Under the pieces are notes generated by a model. That model did not search any database, had not been told where the DNA came from, and saw nothing but the letters and a program-made list of their open reading frames with translations. From Octopus sinensis (lineage: Eukaryota), in NCBI RefSeq assembly GCF_006345805.1, contig NC_043015.1, positions 3,472,001-3,536,000 of the forward strand: a stretch of DNA of 64,000 bases. The letters run 5' to 3'. Every line of letters begins with the position of its first letter. Position 1 is the stretch's first letter. A program made the translations under genes and the position numbers. Positions 29,715 through 40,879 of the stretch are shown piece after piece.

Positions 29715-30197
29715 CACACAGTCCGTTCAGTGTCGTCATCTCTCGAGAATCTCAGACATCGCTGGTTCGAATTTTCTTCCCAATGACATATGCCTAAGAG
29801 TGTCAATTCTGAACAAATTTAATAAAGCTATTGGTTTGTATATAATTCTGTCAACACATTGATTGATTGGAGATATAATAGATCATCCGAGCAAATTAAT
29901 GAACGGTGCATAGGTGCCAAGCAGTGTTTAGCTATGAGAGAATCTAGGTTAGTTGAAATATATTTGTCAAATGTTCATCTGCCAAAGGCACATATGATGC
30001 AGTTATCGTTGAGGAAAAACCTCTATTTTGGCAGAAAGGTTCGATAACACCCAATTTGTTGAGCCATCGATGTTTCGATTTTTCCTTTTGTCAATTAGAT
30101 GTACCTACAAGAAGCTACTCTGAATCAACTCAATAATGCTATAGGTTTATATATGTCTGAGATAGCCGAGAGATGGCGACACTGAATGTACTGGGTG
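29715..30197. mobile_element. Old MITE-like segment with 45-bp imperfect terminal inverted repeats
   Basis: 29715-29759 (cacacagtccgttcagtgtcgtcatctctcgagaatctcagacat) vs reverse complement of 30153-30197 (cacccagtacattcagtgtcgccatctctcggctatctcagacat): 38/45 by manual alignment. Confidence 0.55.
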
Positions 30198-31254
30198 TGA
30201 TCACACTTCTCTACATACGAGATACTTTTTTCCTCCGCGGTAACTGCAGCGTATCTGCCTTTGGCAGTTGAAATATATGATAAACATATACTCGGACATT
30301 TATTCAGTAGTCTCTACATTTATTTTGACGCTATGTAGTTCTCCAAGAATATAGCTATGCAGATATTGTTTTGCATGTACAACTCTTTCTTTGCATACTG
30401 TGATCTAGTTGTGTTACCTCAGACGACATACGACTACGGTCTTTGTTAGTATAAAGTCATGGACTTCAAGCTCATCTCCCCAGTTAGCCAGTAGCAGGTG
30501 ATTGTTCCATGGCGTGTGCCCTGCGAGTGCATTTGCCGGACTGCAATTGACCGAAACGACTTCTATATTATATTCACACACGACGAATGCCCAAATATAA
30601 ACTTGGTAGTGTATACAAATATTTTATTAGTATTGGGTTATAGTGAAGGGAGATGAGCTTTATACTGTACTCTACCGCATTCCGAATGGAATATTACATA
30701 ACTATATATATATTAATAAATATTTACGGAGAACCGAGACTTATATATCCAGTTTATTCGGCACTGAATTATGTCCTTCCATTTCTGCACCTACATATGT
30801 TCTGCTGCAACTCTGTGCACAAGGCAAAATATTGGACCTTAATATGCACTTAGTGTGCACTTTAGTGATAGTTCCCGCTTCTTCAGGGTGCTGTTAACTG
30901 CATTTCAGATCCCACCTGTATTTAGTTCACATGGTAACTGAAAAGCAGTTAATAGTATCTTGAAGAAGTTGTAATTTACTCCATTGATTATTTTATTAAT
31001 AATTATAGTGATTTGGGCAGTGATGACGCGAATTTCCTGGTTCCATAATGTTTTCTGCTAATTTAATGCAGTTGTTTCCGCACTTTAGCGTAGGGCATGC
31101 TCGTCCTAAATAGCATTGAATGCTGCGTATATTTCGAATGATGTGATGAATCTAAAAACTTCTTGAAGTGTTAAAAGTTCATTTCTCAAATGATTTCCCT
31201 GCACTTCAACGCGTGCTCTTATGAGCTACATCGACAACAATGACAAACTCACTG

Positions 31255-31295
<41 letters not shown>

Positions 31296-31470
31296 ATAAA
31301 TATTAGGGAATAAATCCAAATTTACAGGGAAAAAATCAGATTTAGGATTAAATCCAATTTTATAGTAAAATATTATATAATATTAATTAGAGACAAAACC
31401 ACTATTTTGCAAAACAAACAAGGAAAAACTTAATCAATACATACATTTTTAATAAAAAGTAAAAAAACCG

Positions 31471-31513
31471 CCACTACAATTGTTTCATGTCTTGAACGAC
31501 AATCTTCAGGTGG
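31471..31513 (-). ncRNA. Minimal type I hammerhead ribozyme (family A, minus-strand copy)
   Basis: Exact reverse complement of 31582-31624. Confidence 0.88.
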
Positions 31514-31581
31514 ATTTCCTATTTTCAAATCAGTTTCAATTTATGAAGTCATAAATTGAAACTGATTTGAAAATCGGAAAT

Positions 31582-31624
31582 CCACCTGAAGATTGTCGTT
31601 CAAGACATGAAACAATTGTAGTGG
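31582..31624 (+). ncRNA. Minimal type I hammerhead ribozyme (family A)
   Basis: CCAC-CUGAAGA-U(UGUC guucaa GACA)U-GAAA-CAAUUG-UA^GUGG. Stem I CCAC/GUGG, palindromic stem III CAAUUG, GUA cleavage triplet, predicted cut after 31620. Confidence 0.88.
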
Positions 31625-31725
31625 CGGTTTTTTTACTTTTTATTAAAATTTTATGTATTGATTAAGTCTTTCCTTGTTTGTTTTGCAAAATAGTGGTTTT
31701 GTCTCTAATTAATATTATATATATA

Positions 31726-31810
<85 letters not shown>

Positions 31811-32020
31811 TATTTGAGTAATTGAAAGAATTATCTTATTAAGGATAATTCGAAAGATAACTCGATACCTGGGTAGCAAATTCACATCAGAAAGAACACG
31901 GTTGAAGCTACGTCCCTAGGGCAAAGACTACGTGTCTTCGTGCGGAAATTTGTATGTTTATTTTAAAATTATAAGTATATGAAAGAATGGGGTTGAACGA
32001 CTAGTTAACAAATATCCTTT

Positions 32021-32105
32021 ATTCTCGACATATGTTTCGAAGGCTGCATATTCCTAATTCCGAAGGAATAAGGAATACATTATGCAGATTTCTCATCAGG
32101 AAAAT
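32021..32105 (-). ncRNA. Type I hammerhead ribozyme with long (54-nt) stem II (family B)
   Basis: AUUUUC-CUGAUGA-[GAAauCUGCAuaaugUAUUCCUuAUUCCuucGGAAUuAGGAAUAUGCAGccUUC]-GAAA-CAUAUG-UC^GAGAAU. Its 3' half is repeated on the plus strand at 33316-33345. Confidence 0.88.
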
Positions 32106-32660
32106 CAAGGAACTTATGTCGACATCGAAATGCACAAAAAACCTTTCGCTGACCGCTCTCTAGGAGCCCATGGCGATAATGAGTGTCTTTTTATAATGAG
32201 TGACGTCAGAGTGGCTGAATGTAGAATAATCTAGAGGTTTCTAAAGGCTCAATAATTCAAACGAAGTAGGAGGAGGGAGACATAAGAATAGTAAGGTGAG
32301 AGAGTGCAGGTCAAAAGAATGGTGGGTTTAAATGATTTCTTTTGTGAATGAGTGCCTGTGTGTGTGACTGTATATAACTGTCTTAATGTGTGTATGTGTG
32401 TGTCTGAATGCGTGATTGTGTTTGTGGATGGGTAGATGTCAGAAAACTGACAGCTGTGAGGTGAAAGGTCTGTATCTGTGTGTTCGATTATGTTTACTGT
32501 AGAGAAAGGAAAGTAGATAGCGAAAGGGAGAAAGAATCGGACGAGGTGAGAGGCAAGAATGGATAGTAGTAATTGGGAATATAAGAAAATCTTTTTGACT
32601 ATTGGGGTGAAATATAGCAAAAACGTTTTTGGGAAATCGAGGGGTTATCTATATTTGTCA

Positions 32661-33128
32661 CTATTTATATGAGTGAAAGGTGTGTCTTTTCCAGTGTAAA
32701 CACCAGTAGGATCTTTCGATGATTGTGTTTATTAAAGGGCTTTTGGCGAATAAAATATGAAAAAGTTCGGAAATACAGATGCCACAAAATGTTCTGCCTT
32801 TATCAAACGGGAAGGACACCGACAAAATGGACCATTCGAGCTTGAATGTAGTCTTATTGTTCTTCAGACGCCAGACTAATTTGCTTAGCCCCGTGCTGTG
32901 TTGCTTTCTCTTATTTCTGAAAGTGGAATAATGGTTGGAGATCCTTTGGGCTAAATTAGAAGAGGTTGCGCCAATATAGAAGTAGACATCGGTTCCAGAA
33001 GAAATTTTGCATTGGTAAGTGGTGTTTCTAATTTTGGAATTTTTGGATAGGAACTTTAATCTGTTGGGGTTTTTATTGTTGTGATAGGTGTAAAAATTGT
33101 TGCTGGCTTTGGCCACGATACTATTCAT
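32661..33128 (-). CDS. PLE-type GIY-YIG endonuclease, 155 aa, uninterrupted
   Basis: TTYQC...FYIGATSSNLAQRISNH (Tyr, YIG, catalytic Arg), LSKLVWRLK, CGIC-ISE (metal-binding Glu), LINT (Asn), C-terminal CLHW. No RT domain upstream. Confidence 0.85.
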   Translation of the reverse strand: MNSIVAKASNNFYTYHNNKNPNRLKFLSKNSKIRNTTYQCKISSGTDVYFYIGATSSNLAQRISNHYSTFRNKRKQHSTGLSKLVWRLKNNKTTFKLEWSILSVSFPFDKGRTFCGICISELFHILFAKSPLINTIIERSYWCLHWKRHTFHSYK

Positions 33129-33430
33129 CTTATTACCATTACTATCAGTTGTAATATCGTCGGCAAATTCCCTGGCTATAGGAATGCTGCGATTGTTATC
33201 ATCAATAATATAACTGTTATTAAGAATGTTGGTGCTATTACCACTAGCACCACCACTGTTAATAAACTGGCTAATATTATTATCATTATTACTATTGCCA
33301 ACGCTAATGCTGCTATATGCAGCCTTCGAAACACATGTCGAGAATAAAGGATATTTGTTAACTAGTCGTTCAACTCCATTCTTTCATATACTTATAATTT
33401 TGAAATATATATATATATATATAATATATA

Positions 33431-33483
<53 letters not shown>

Positions 33484-33877
33484 ATATGTATGTATGTATG
33501 TATGTATGCATTTATGTATGTATGCATGCATGCATGTATGTATGTGTGTGTATCTGTAATATAATATGTGACAATCTTTCAGCTGCCATAAGAAGATTCC
33601 GAGTTGCCGAAGATTCCGAGAACTACTTCAGCATCTCATCAGTTATCGAGGCAATGAAAAAATGCTTTGCCAACCGAGTAATTGTTACATATAATATTGC
33701 AGATAAAATGCTCTGTTTACATAATATCGATATATCGAGGTCTCATTCAATATTTTGTTGTCTTACCATTACTATTAATCAAAAAGAATGTCCTTACGCA
33801 TAAGGAAAAGCAATAGAAAACTTCACCTAAATAACAAGTTTTTACTCACAATCATGTTTTATTTCCTGTCTTAAAAG

Positions 33878-33914
33878 TATGGCCACCACCTACATCACGG
33901 GCAATATCAATGTG
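33878..33914 (+). CDS. Candidate 37-nt micro-exon
   Basis: ttttatttcctgtcttaaaAG acceptor and consensus GTG|GTAAGT donor; all three frames open, so product undefined. Confidence 0.3.
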
Positions 33915-33979
33915 GTAAGTGAATTCCACCTAGACGCATATCACGATCCATTGATATGATCGCTGCTGCTATTCGATAT

Positions 33980-33981
<2 letters not shown>

Positions 33982-34031
<50 letters not shown>

Positions 34032-34039
34032 TAATAATG

Positions 34040-34078
<39 letters not shown>

Positions 34079-34107
34079 TTAATAATAATAATATTAATAA
34101 TAATAAT

Positions 34108-34138
<31 letters not shown>

Positions 34139-34194
34139 TAATAGCAATAATAATTATAAAAATGATACAAATAATAATAATAATAATGATGATG

Positions 34195-34275
<81 letters not shown>
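33982..34275 (+). repeat. About 290-bp (AAT)n microsatellite
   Basis: Directly visible; source of the poly-I/Y/L ORFs. Confidence 0.98.
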
Positions 34276-34276
<1 letters not shown>

Positions 34277-36331
34277 ATTTTATTTGTTTCTCACTTTCCA
34301 TGCAATTATAATTTTGGTTGAGCAATAAACACAAAATGGTAAAAACAAAAATTCCTTGAGATTAGACAGAATAGCATTCATGGCAAATAATATTTTTATT
34401 GATTTCTTATAATATTTGAAGCTATTTATTCATTTGTGTTCCACAGAAAAATTGTCCTTCGTAATTTGTAATGTTTACTTAAATCCCTTCATTTAAAACA
34501 GCCTGTGATCGTTATAAAATTGTGCCAATATGAAATACAAAAGACGTGCACTAAAAGACACAGAATATACGTGTTAACTGCTACGGCAAATTTATTCTTA
34601 TAAATTACAGATCAAACTCAAGTGTTTTTTCTAATAAAATCACGAAACAAGAAATTATCTGGAATTGTTTCACACGGTGAGGCGTGATCTGAAGATTATT
34701 AGAAAGTTAAAATATTCAAATACTGTTCAATCGGAATTAAAAAAGATAGAATTAATTAGATATGAGATTATAGGTAAATTAGTGCGGCAAACAAATTCAA
34801 CCGTACATCACTAATGTTTTAAGAACTATTTCATTTATTACGCAGTAACATGAGCTGTCACGTGAACGATAAACCTATGAGGAATCATTTTCACACACAC
34901 AGAAGCATACACACGCCCACCCACACAGACCACACACACATGTATACACATACATACATAAACACACACATATATCTAGAGAGACAGACAGGTGGATAGA
35001 AAAAGAGATATATAGATAGACTTAAAGATTTATATATTGAAGTATTTAATTCAAGACTCAGGCAAACTAATCTATATGCATATACTCATATATATGCTTT
35101 TAATTGTGATGTGTGAAAACAAATTTTGCAAAGATATTTATGACAGATTATTTGTAAAATTTCTCAGCATCAGTAAATGCAATGATATGCATATAATTAA
35201 CCGTCTTTTGGTGCATAGTTGAAACTTGATTTTGGAAAATCGTTTGATCGATTAAGTGAATGGTGTGTTTCGGTTACAATGTTTCAAACAGTATGAGGTA
35301 TTTCTATCATTTGAATTCCTCGTACAATTTTTTAATAAACTGCACTACTATGTATACAGTAGGATTGTGTGCAGTTTTTCTCTGCCAAATTCCTTTAAAT
35401 AAATTCAGCTTAAATGTGACTTTAGGAATGACTTTTGTCAAGATGCAAATGAATTTGTAAAAGAAACTACCTGTATCACATTATCATGTAGAACTTCAAG
35501 TGCGATATGTACAAAGACGTTAGAGTAAAGATTGAGTAAAAGTTCGTAGTATTTTGCAATAGGTCATATTCTGACCACGTGGTCGTGAATCTGATTTGCT
35601 AACAATTCCAAAGTTCAGTACCATTGACCTGACATTTTAAAAATTACACTGAAAAAAAGATGATAAATAATATACACTGCGGTCCAGTATCAAACAAATC
35701 TTAGCATCGTTAACGGAAAAAAAATAACATCGATGCCTCCCGTCGTACTTTTCGTCAATGATGATAATAATCCTTTTCTATTATAGATAAAGGGACTTAA
35801 TTTTTTCTCTGGAAAGCTTGTAGTCGATTAATTCCATCCCAGTATTTAACTGCAACTAAGTTTTAGTAATGTGTAAAGGCTGAAAGACAACACCGACGCC
35901 AGCTAAATTAGCAATCAGACAGTAAAGACGCACACAATACCGTGTTTCCGATTCTGCGAGTGTACTACCTTAATCAAAATAATAATACTGGCGCACGATT
36001 ACAATTTCAGCGGTAGTACTACCTCTCATAAATATCTATGCATATAGTATTATAGTATCATCCTTCGTTCATTGTTACTGTATCTAGACGAATCTTACAT
36101 TACACATTGTATGACTTTATGAGTAATATAATGATGATCACTAGTGGTATATTGAAAAGCTACCTTACACACCGATTTAACGGTAACTTCGTTTACAACA
36201 ATGAAAAAAATTATATCTCCTTTATTTTACAGTGTTTATATTTACTGCGAATAAATTTTGATTATATATTGGCAATAATGTGGTGTTGCTTAGTGGACTA
36301 AAAACATTTTATATACATATACATACATTTA

Positions 36332-36393
<62 letters not shown>

Positions 36394-36715
36394 ATATTGT
36401 CATCAAAAAAGGGGGTAGAATTAATTAATTGTTATAAATTCGACCAAGCAGTATTCGGTATGTAAAGACCATTTACGGTGTATTTTGAAGTATTAATTTA
36501 TAAAAATATGGTAAAGTAAAAAAATTCACTTTACCACACACCGAACTTTTCAGAAATAGCAGCCAAAAATATGGGTGGACAGGGAGAATAATAGATCTCA
36601 TTCGTATTTTTGGATTCGCTAGTACTGGGTGTCTGGCATGGTTTGTCCGATGTTACAGATATCGGACGGGTATGTTTGATTCTTAGTATTTTCAAATCTA
36701 AATAAGAAGAAATCT

Positions 36716-36775
36716 CTGAGCTGATGAAGGAAAAGTGGCGTTTTACCCACAAATCCAGAAACAGACTGTCCTCGG
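36716..36775 (+). ncRNA. Type I hammerhead ribozyme (family C, copy 1)
   Basis: CUGAG-CUGAUGA-A(GGA aaa GUGG cguuuuac CCAC aaa UCC)A-GAAA-CAGaCUG-UC^CUCGG. Stem I CUGAG/CUCGG, GUC triplet ending at 36770. Confidence 0.82.
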
Positions 36776-37277
36776 GTATCGTATATGGATGTGATCTTTC
36801 ATTGTTTTTCCCTTATACCTATGTGAGTTATTTTCTGAGTATACATTGTCTGGAGACTTTTATTTGCAGTTGAAGAAATAGCCATATTTTTGGCTGCTAT
36901 TTCTGAAAATTTCGGTGTGTGGTAAATGTGAATTTTTTTACTTTACCATATTTTTATAAATTAATACTTCAAATACACCGTAAATGGTCTTTACATACCG
37001 AATACTGCTTGGTCGAATTTATTAACATTAATTAATTCTACCCCCTTTTTTGATGACAATATAATACTTTTCTCTCCAAGAATTTGAACTACAGTTTTTA
37101 CCTCTGTAGAAATGTAATGCTCTATGACTCACGTGGGTGGACAGGGAGAATAATAGATCTCATTCGTATTTTTGGATTCGCTAGTACTGGGTGTCTGGCA
37201 TGGTTTGTCCGATGTTACAGATATCGGACGGGTATGTTTGATTCTTAGTATTTTCAAATCTAAATAAGAAGAAATCT

Positions 37278-37337
37278 CTGAGCTGATGAAGGAAAAGTGG
37301 CGTTTTACCCACAAATCCAGAAACAACTGTCCCTCGG
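37278..37337 (+). ncRNA. Type I hammerhead ribozyme (family C, copy 2)
   Basis: Same core and stem II as 36716; stem III CAACUG, GUC ending at 37331, one extra C before stem I'. Confidence 0.78.
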
Positions 37338-37526
37338 TTATCGTATATGGATGTGATCTTTCATTGTTTTTCCCTTAACCTATGTGAGTTATTTTCTGAG
37401 TATACATTGTCTGGAGACTTTTATTTGCAGTTGAAGAAATAGCCATATTTTTGGCTGCTATTTCTGAAAAGTTCGGTGTGTGGTAAAGTGAATTTTTTTA
37501 CTTTACCATATTTTTATAAATTAATA

Positions 37527-37569
<43 letters not shown>

Positions 37570-37580
37570 TGTGTGTTGTG

Positions 37581-37617
<37 letters not shown>

Positions 37618-38740
37618 ATAAATATGTATATATTAATATAATATATGGTGTGCGTGTATGTGTGAGTCTGCGTGTGTGTGTATGTGTGAGTGAGTGTGTG
37701 TGTATCGAATATGATGAAGATAATACACAGTATGAATATGAATACTGCTATGGAAACAAATTTTCATCTGAATATATACGGAAATATCACGATATTAATA
37801 ATAATGGAAAATATATTAAATGGCAAGTATCATCGTAATAAGCGAACACTCCCAAAGAATTAATTTTATTTTATTTCGACTGTATCTTCCGTGAATGTAT
37901 ATTAAAAACTTGCGTTGCCTAAAATAAATTGGTTAATAAATGTTTAGCAAAAGAAAAATCAAATATGAAAATATCTCAGTCCATTAATTGCCGAAATGAT
38001 ATTTCATTAAACAAACAGGATACATCTAATAACTACTGAAAGTTTTCTTATAATATTAATTTGTAAGAGATTGACAATGAAATTAAATGTGTTTCATGAA
38101 TGGTAAGTTATTTTATCAATTCCGGAATGACGAAAACAAAATATATGTTAACAGAAATATATGAATATAATTCTTTATCAGTATACTATTCTTTGATCAT
38201 CGAATGTTCCATTATCATTATATAAGATATAGTTAAAAATTGCGTGATTTCCGGTTTCTTAGTTTCATAAGGTAAATTACTTCAACTACAGAATCGGTTT
38301 GAATACAATTTTTAGAAAAAACCTTTTACCAGAAAGTACAAGATGTCCCTACGAATAGTCATATGCGCGTTTAGAATACTCCATTTGTCTCACTCACTAA
38401 GATCTTTAGTTAGCAAAAAACGTAAGCATAAGCACTACACTTAGCCTGCAGCGTGGCTACGCACATCTTTGCCTTTTAATTAACCTGTTAAAATGCTGAC
38501 GACATTTATATATGTTTAGAAAGGTTCACCTCTGAACACATATGTGTGTGTGCCTGTGTGTGTGTGTGTGTTTGTTCAGCTAATACGTTAATGAAATGGT
38601 GTTACTGTGTACTGAGACATTTGCTACCCAACTACATGGTTCCTTGCTCAGTCCCACTGCATGTCTCATCAGGCAAGTATTTCTTCCTATATACTGTCGG
38701 GGACAAAAAATTTGGAAATGGATTGTGCAGATGATTAGCA

Positions 38741-38838
<98 letters not shown>

Positions 38839-39039
38839 CAGGAGATGCAAAATAGGTATACAGTAAGTATGAATATCAATGTTATAATACGTAGTCCATT
38901 ACAAATATTACGACTTGGAATTAGATAGCTTCATATTTGATATTTTATTGTCATTAATCATAATAAATTTATAATTTTATCTTAAAATTGAACTTTTGGG
39001 GTAAACGTAAATGTGTATTGTAAATGTTTCTTTCACATC

Positions 39040-39359
39040 GAGTGGAGATGCTTCTCTATAGCAGTGGGGAAGCATTCTATTTAATCAGAGAGCTCCCTTG
39101 TCGTTTGACGACAATTTACATTCAAATGTTGGTTTATTCGGTCTTCATTGAACTCAACTGGACGGCCAGAACAAGCTGCGTCTTTAAGGTCAAAATGTCC
39201 ATTTTTGAACTTGGCATACCAATCACAGGCGGTTCGTTTCAGCTATGGCACCCTCTCCATAAACAACACAAATATTGCAGCATTTGCGACCTTAGAATTT
39301 TGATTAAAAGCAAAAGGGTGGTGTCGAAAATGATCGTTTCTCTTCGCTTGACATTCCAT
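39040..39359 (-). mobile_element. Mariner transposase N-terminal (HTH) fragment, decayed
   Basis: Minus strand from ATG at 39359: MECQAKRNDHFRHH.FAFNQ...YGEGAIAE....DWYAKFKNGHFDLKDA..SGRPVEFNE...RQTTREL...IEKHLHSM, with frameshifts and stops. Confidence 0.9.
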
Positions 39360-39404
39360 TTTAATGTATATATGTATATATATATTATATATATATTATA
39401 TATA

Positions 39405-39469
<65 letters not shown>

Positions 39470-40123
39470 TATATATATATACATATATATATATGTGTGT
39501 GTGATATATGAATACCTACGTACTTCTTTGTCCACATTTCTTGTCTACACTGGCCGCCTATAACTTCAAATTTGCAAACTTCATACACCAGATCGTATTT
39601 ATATATTGATCTATACACACAGGCATTTACACATATATACGCACATACACACGCACACACACATCACATATGTGTACAAACACAGCTGTGTACAAGCAAC
39701 CATACGAATGTGAAAGTATACGTCGGCATACAAATGAATTAACGCTAACATAAATATAAAATGAATAATTGTCTACAGATAAGGCGGCACATCTCACGGT
39801 ATTCTATTTCTCTCGTATTCGGATTTTTCTATATATGTGTTTATGATGATTTTTCTCTTTTTGTTTGAAACAGTAAAATTATCAGATTCTATTATGGTTA
39901 TCTTTATTATATTATTGCGACATCAGAGTACGTAGCAAGTCTTTGAAGTTATGTAACTCGAATTTTTTGGCCATTACGTTTTCAAAATTCGGCGTGTAAG
40001 TGTATTTATATATAAATATATGTGTGTCTGTGTGTGCATAACCTGCGTATAATTTTATAGCGTTTCACGTGGTCTTCTAAGAGACTCACGTCGAAACGAT
40101 GTTTTATACCATATATATACGTA

Positions 40124-40160
<37 letters not shown>

Positions 40161-40162
40161 TA

Positions 40163-40223
<61 letters not shown>

Positions 40224-40347
40224 TAGTAACAAATAGTTGCATATACACATGAATGTAGCTAAGCATGTATGTATGTTTCTCTTTCATTCTTTGTCTCTTT
40301 CTCTTTCTCTTTTCTCTCTCGCTCTCTCTCTCTCTATCTCTCTATAG

Positions 40348-40382
<35 letters not shown>

Positions 40383-40469
40383 GTGTGTGTGGAGGTTTAT
40401 GCATGATTTCATGCGTATATACTGGAGATATGAGTGAATGCTCTCAATTCCAACTACTTTATATAGTGC

Positions 40470-40785
40470 TAGATGACCAAAGAAGGTATTCAAACGCATG
40501 GCTGAGAGGTGCAGCGACCCCTGCCCTTATCTCCTCATTTGGCACCAACGTATTTCCACCTATTTCGGTCTCTTTCAAATTGGGAGCATGGTTACGTCAA
40601 TTTTCGAGTCGAAATCGGGTTATTTCTACCAAAGAGGTATTGAAAATTTTGTTGAACGTTGGGAAGAGGTGGTAAACAACAAGTCCGAATATGTTATTGA
40701 TGAATTAGTTTTTAAATCATTTTAAACCTTTAAAAAGGTTTAATTAAAAATAAAACGGCGGGAACGTAATTGCCAACCCGATACC
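40470..40785 (+). mobile_element. Mariner transposase C-terminal fragment with 3' TIR
   Basis: MTKEGIQTHG*EV..P.SP.LAPTYFHLFRSLSN and FESKSGYFYQRGIENFVERWEEVVNNKSEYVIDE; TIR-like aaaacggcgggaacgtaattgccaacccgata. Confidence 0.9.
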
Positions 40786-40879
40786 TATATTCTTTACTAG
40801 CGCAATGAACATTTCCCAGCGAAGCTAATCATCAGTCTTTGATTAACTTAATGAAGTTTACATTGCAGTTCATGACGTA

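Larger units (their letters stand above)
31292..31721. mobile_element. PLE pseudo-LTR fold-back palindrome (173-bp arms, 2-nt spacer) plus single-copy tail, embedded in (TA)n
   Basis: 31374-31546 is the reverse complement of 31549-31721 with 4 mismatches; centre ttatga|AG|tcataa. Each arm contains a hammerhead. The tail 31292-31390 recurs at 50861. Confidence 0.9.
31812..33407 (-). mobile_element. 5'-truncated Penelope-like element: GIY-YIG ORF + 3' UTR/pLTR + tail, capped by an inverted pLTR fragment
   Basis: Inverted arms 31959-32050 and 33316-33407; GIY-YIG ORF 33128-32661; hammerhead 32105-32021; (TA)n on both sides. Confidence 0.9.
36396..37529 (+). mobile_element. ORF-less PLE-derived/retrozyme-like element: inverted fragment + 1.7 tandem copies of a 562-nt hammerhead-bearing unit
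   Basis: Direct repeat 36573-36969 / 37135-37529; inverted repeat 36396-36574 / 36882-37063; one hammerhead per unit; (TA)n on both flanks; no coding motif found. Confidence 0.85.

Noticed and set aside
31374-31721. Palindrome as a pure sequencing fold-back artefact
   Set aside because: The arms differ at 4 positions and the same asymmetric arm-plus-tail layout recurs in five other elements with varying divergence; artefact is unlikely, though long-read confirmation is still advised.
33570-33650. Minus-strand CUGAUGA...CAGCU-GAAA-GAUUGUC near the family B element
   Set aside because: Stem III closing pair and stem I do not form; at best a heavily decayed motif.
40802-40840. Minus-strand CUGAUGA-UUAGC uuc GCUGG-GAAA hammerhead-like core
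   Set aside because: Stem II pairs, but no register gives a stem III/NUH followed by a stem I complement.
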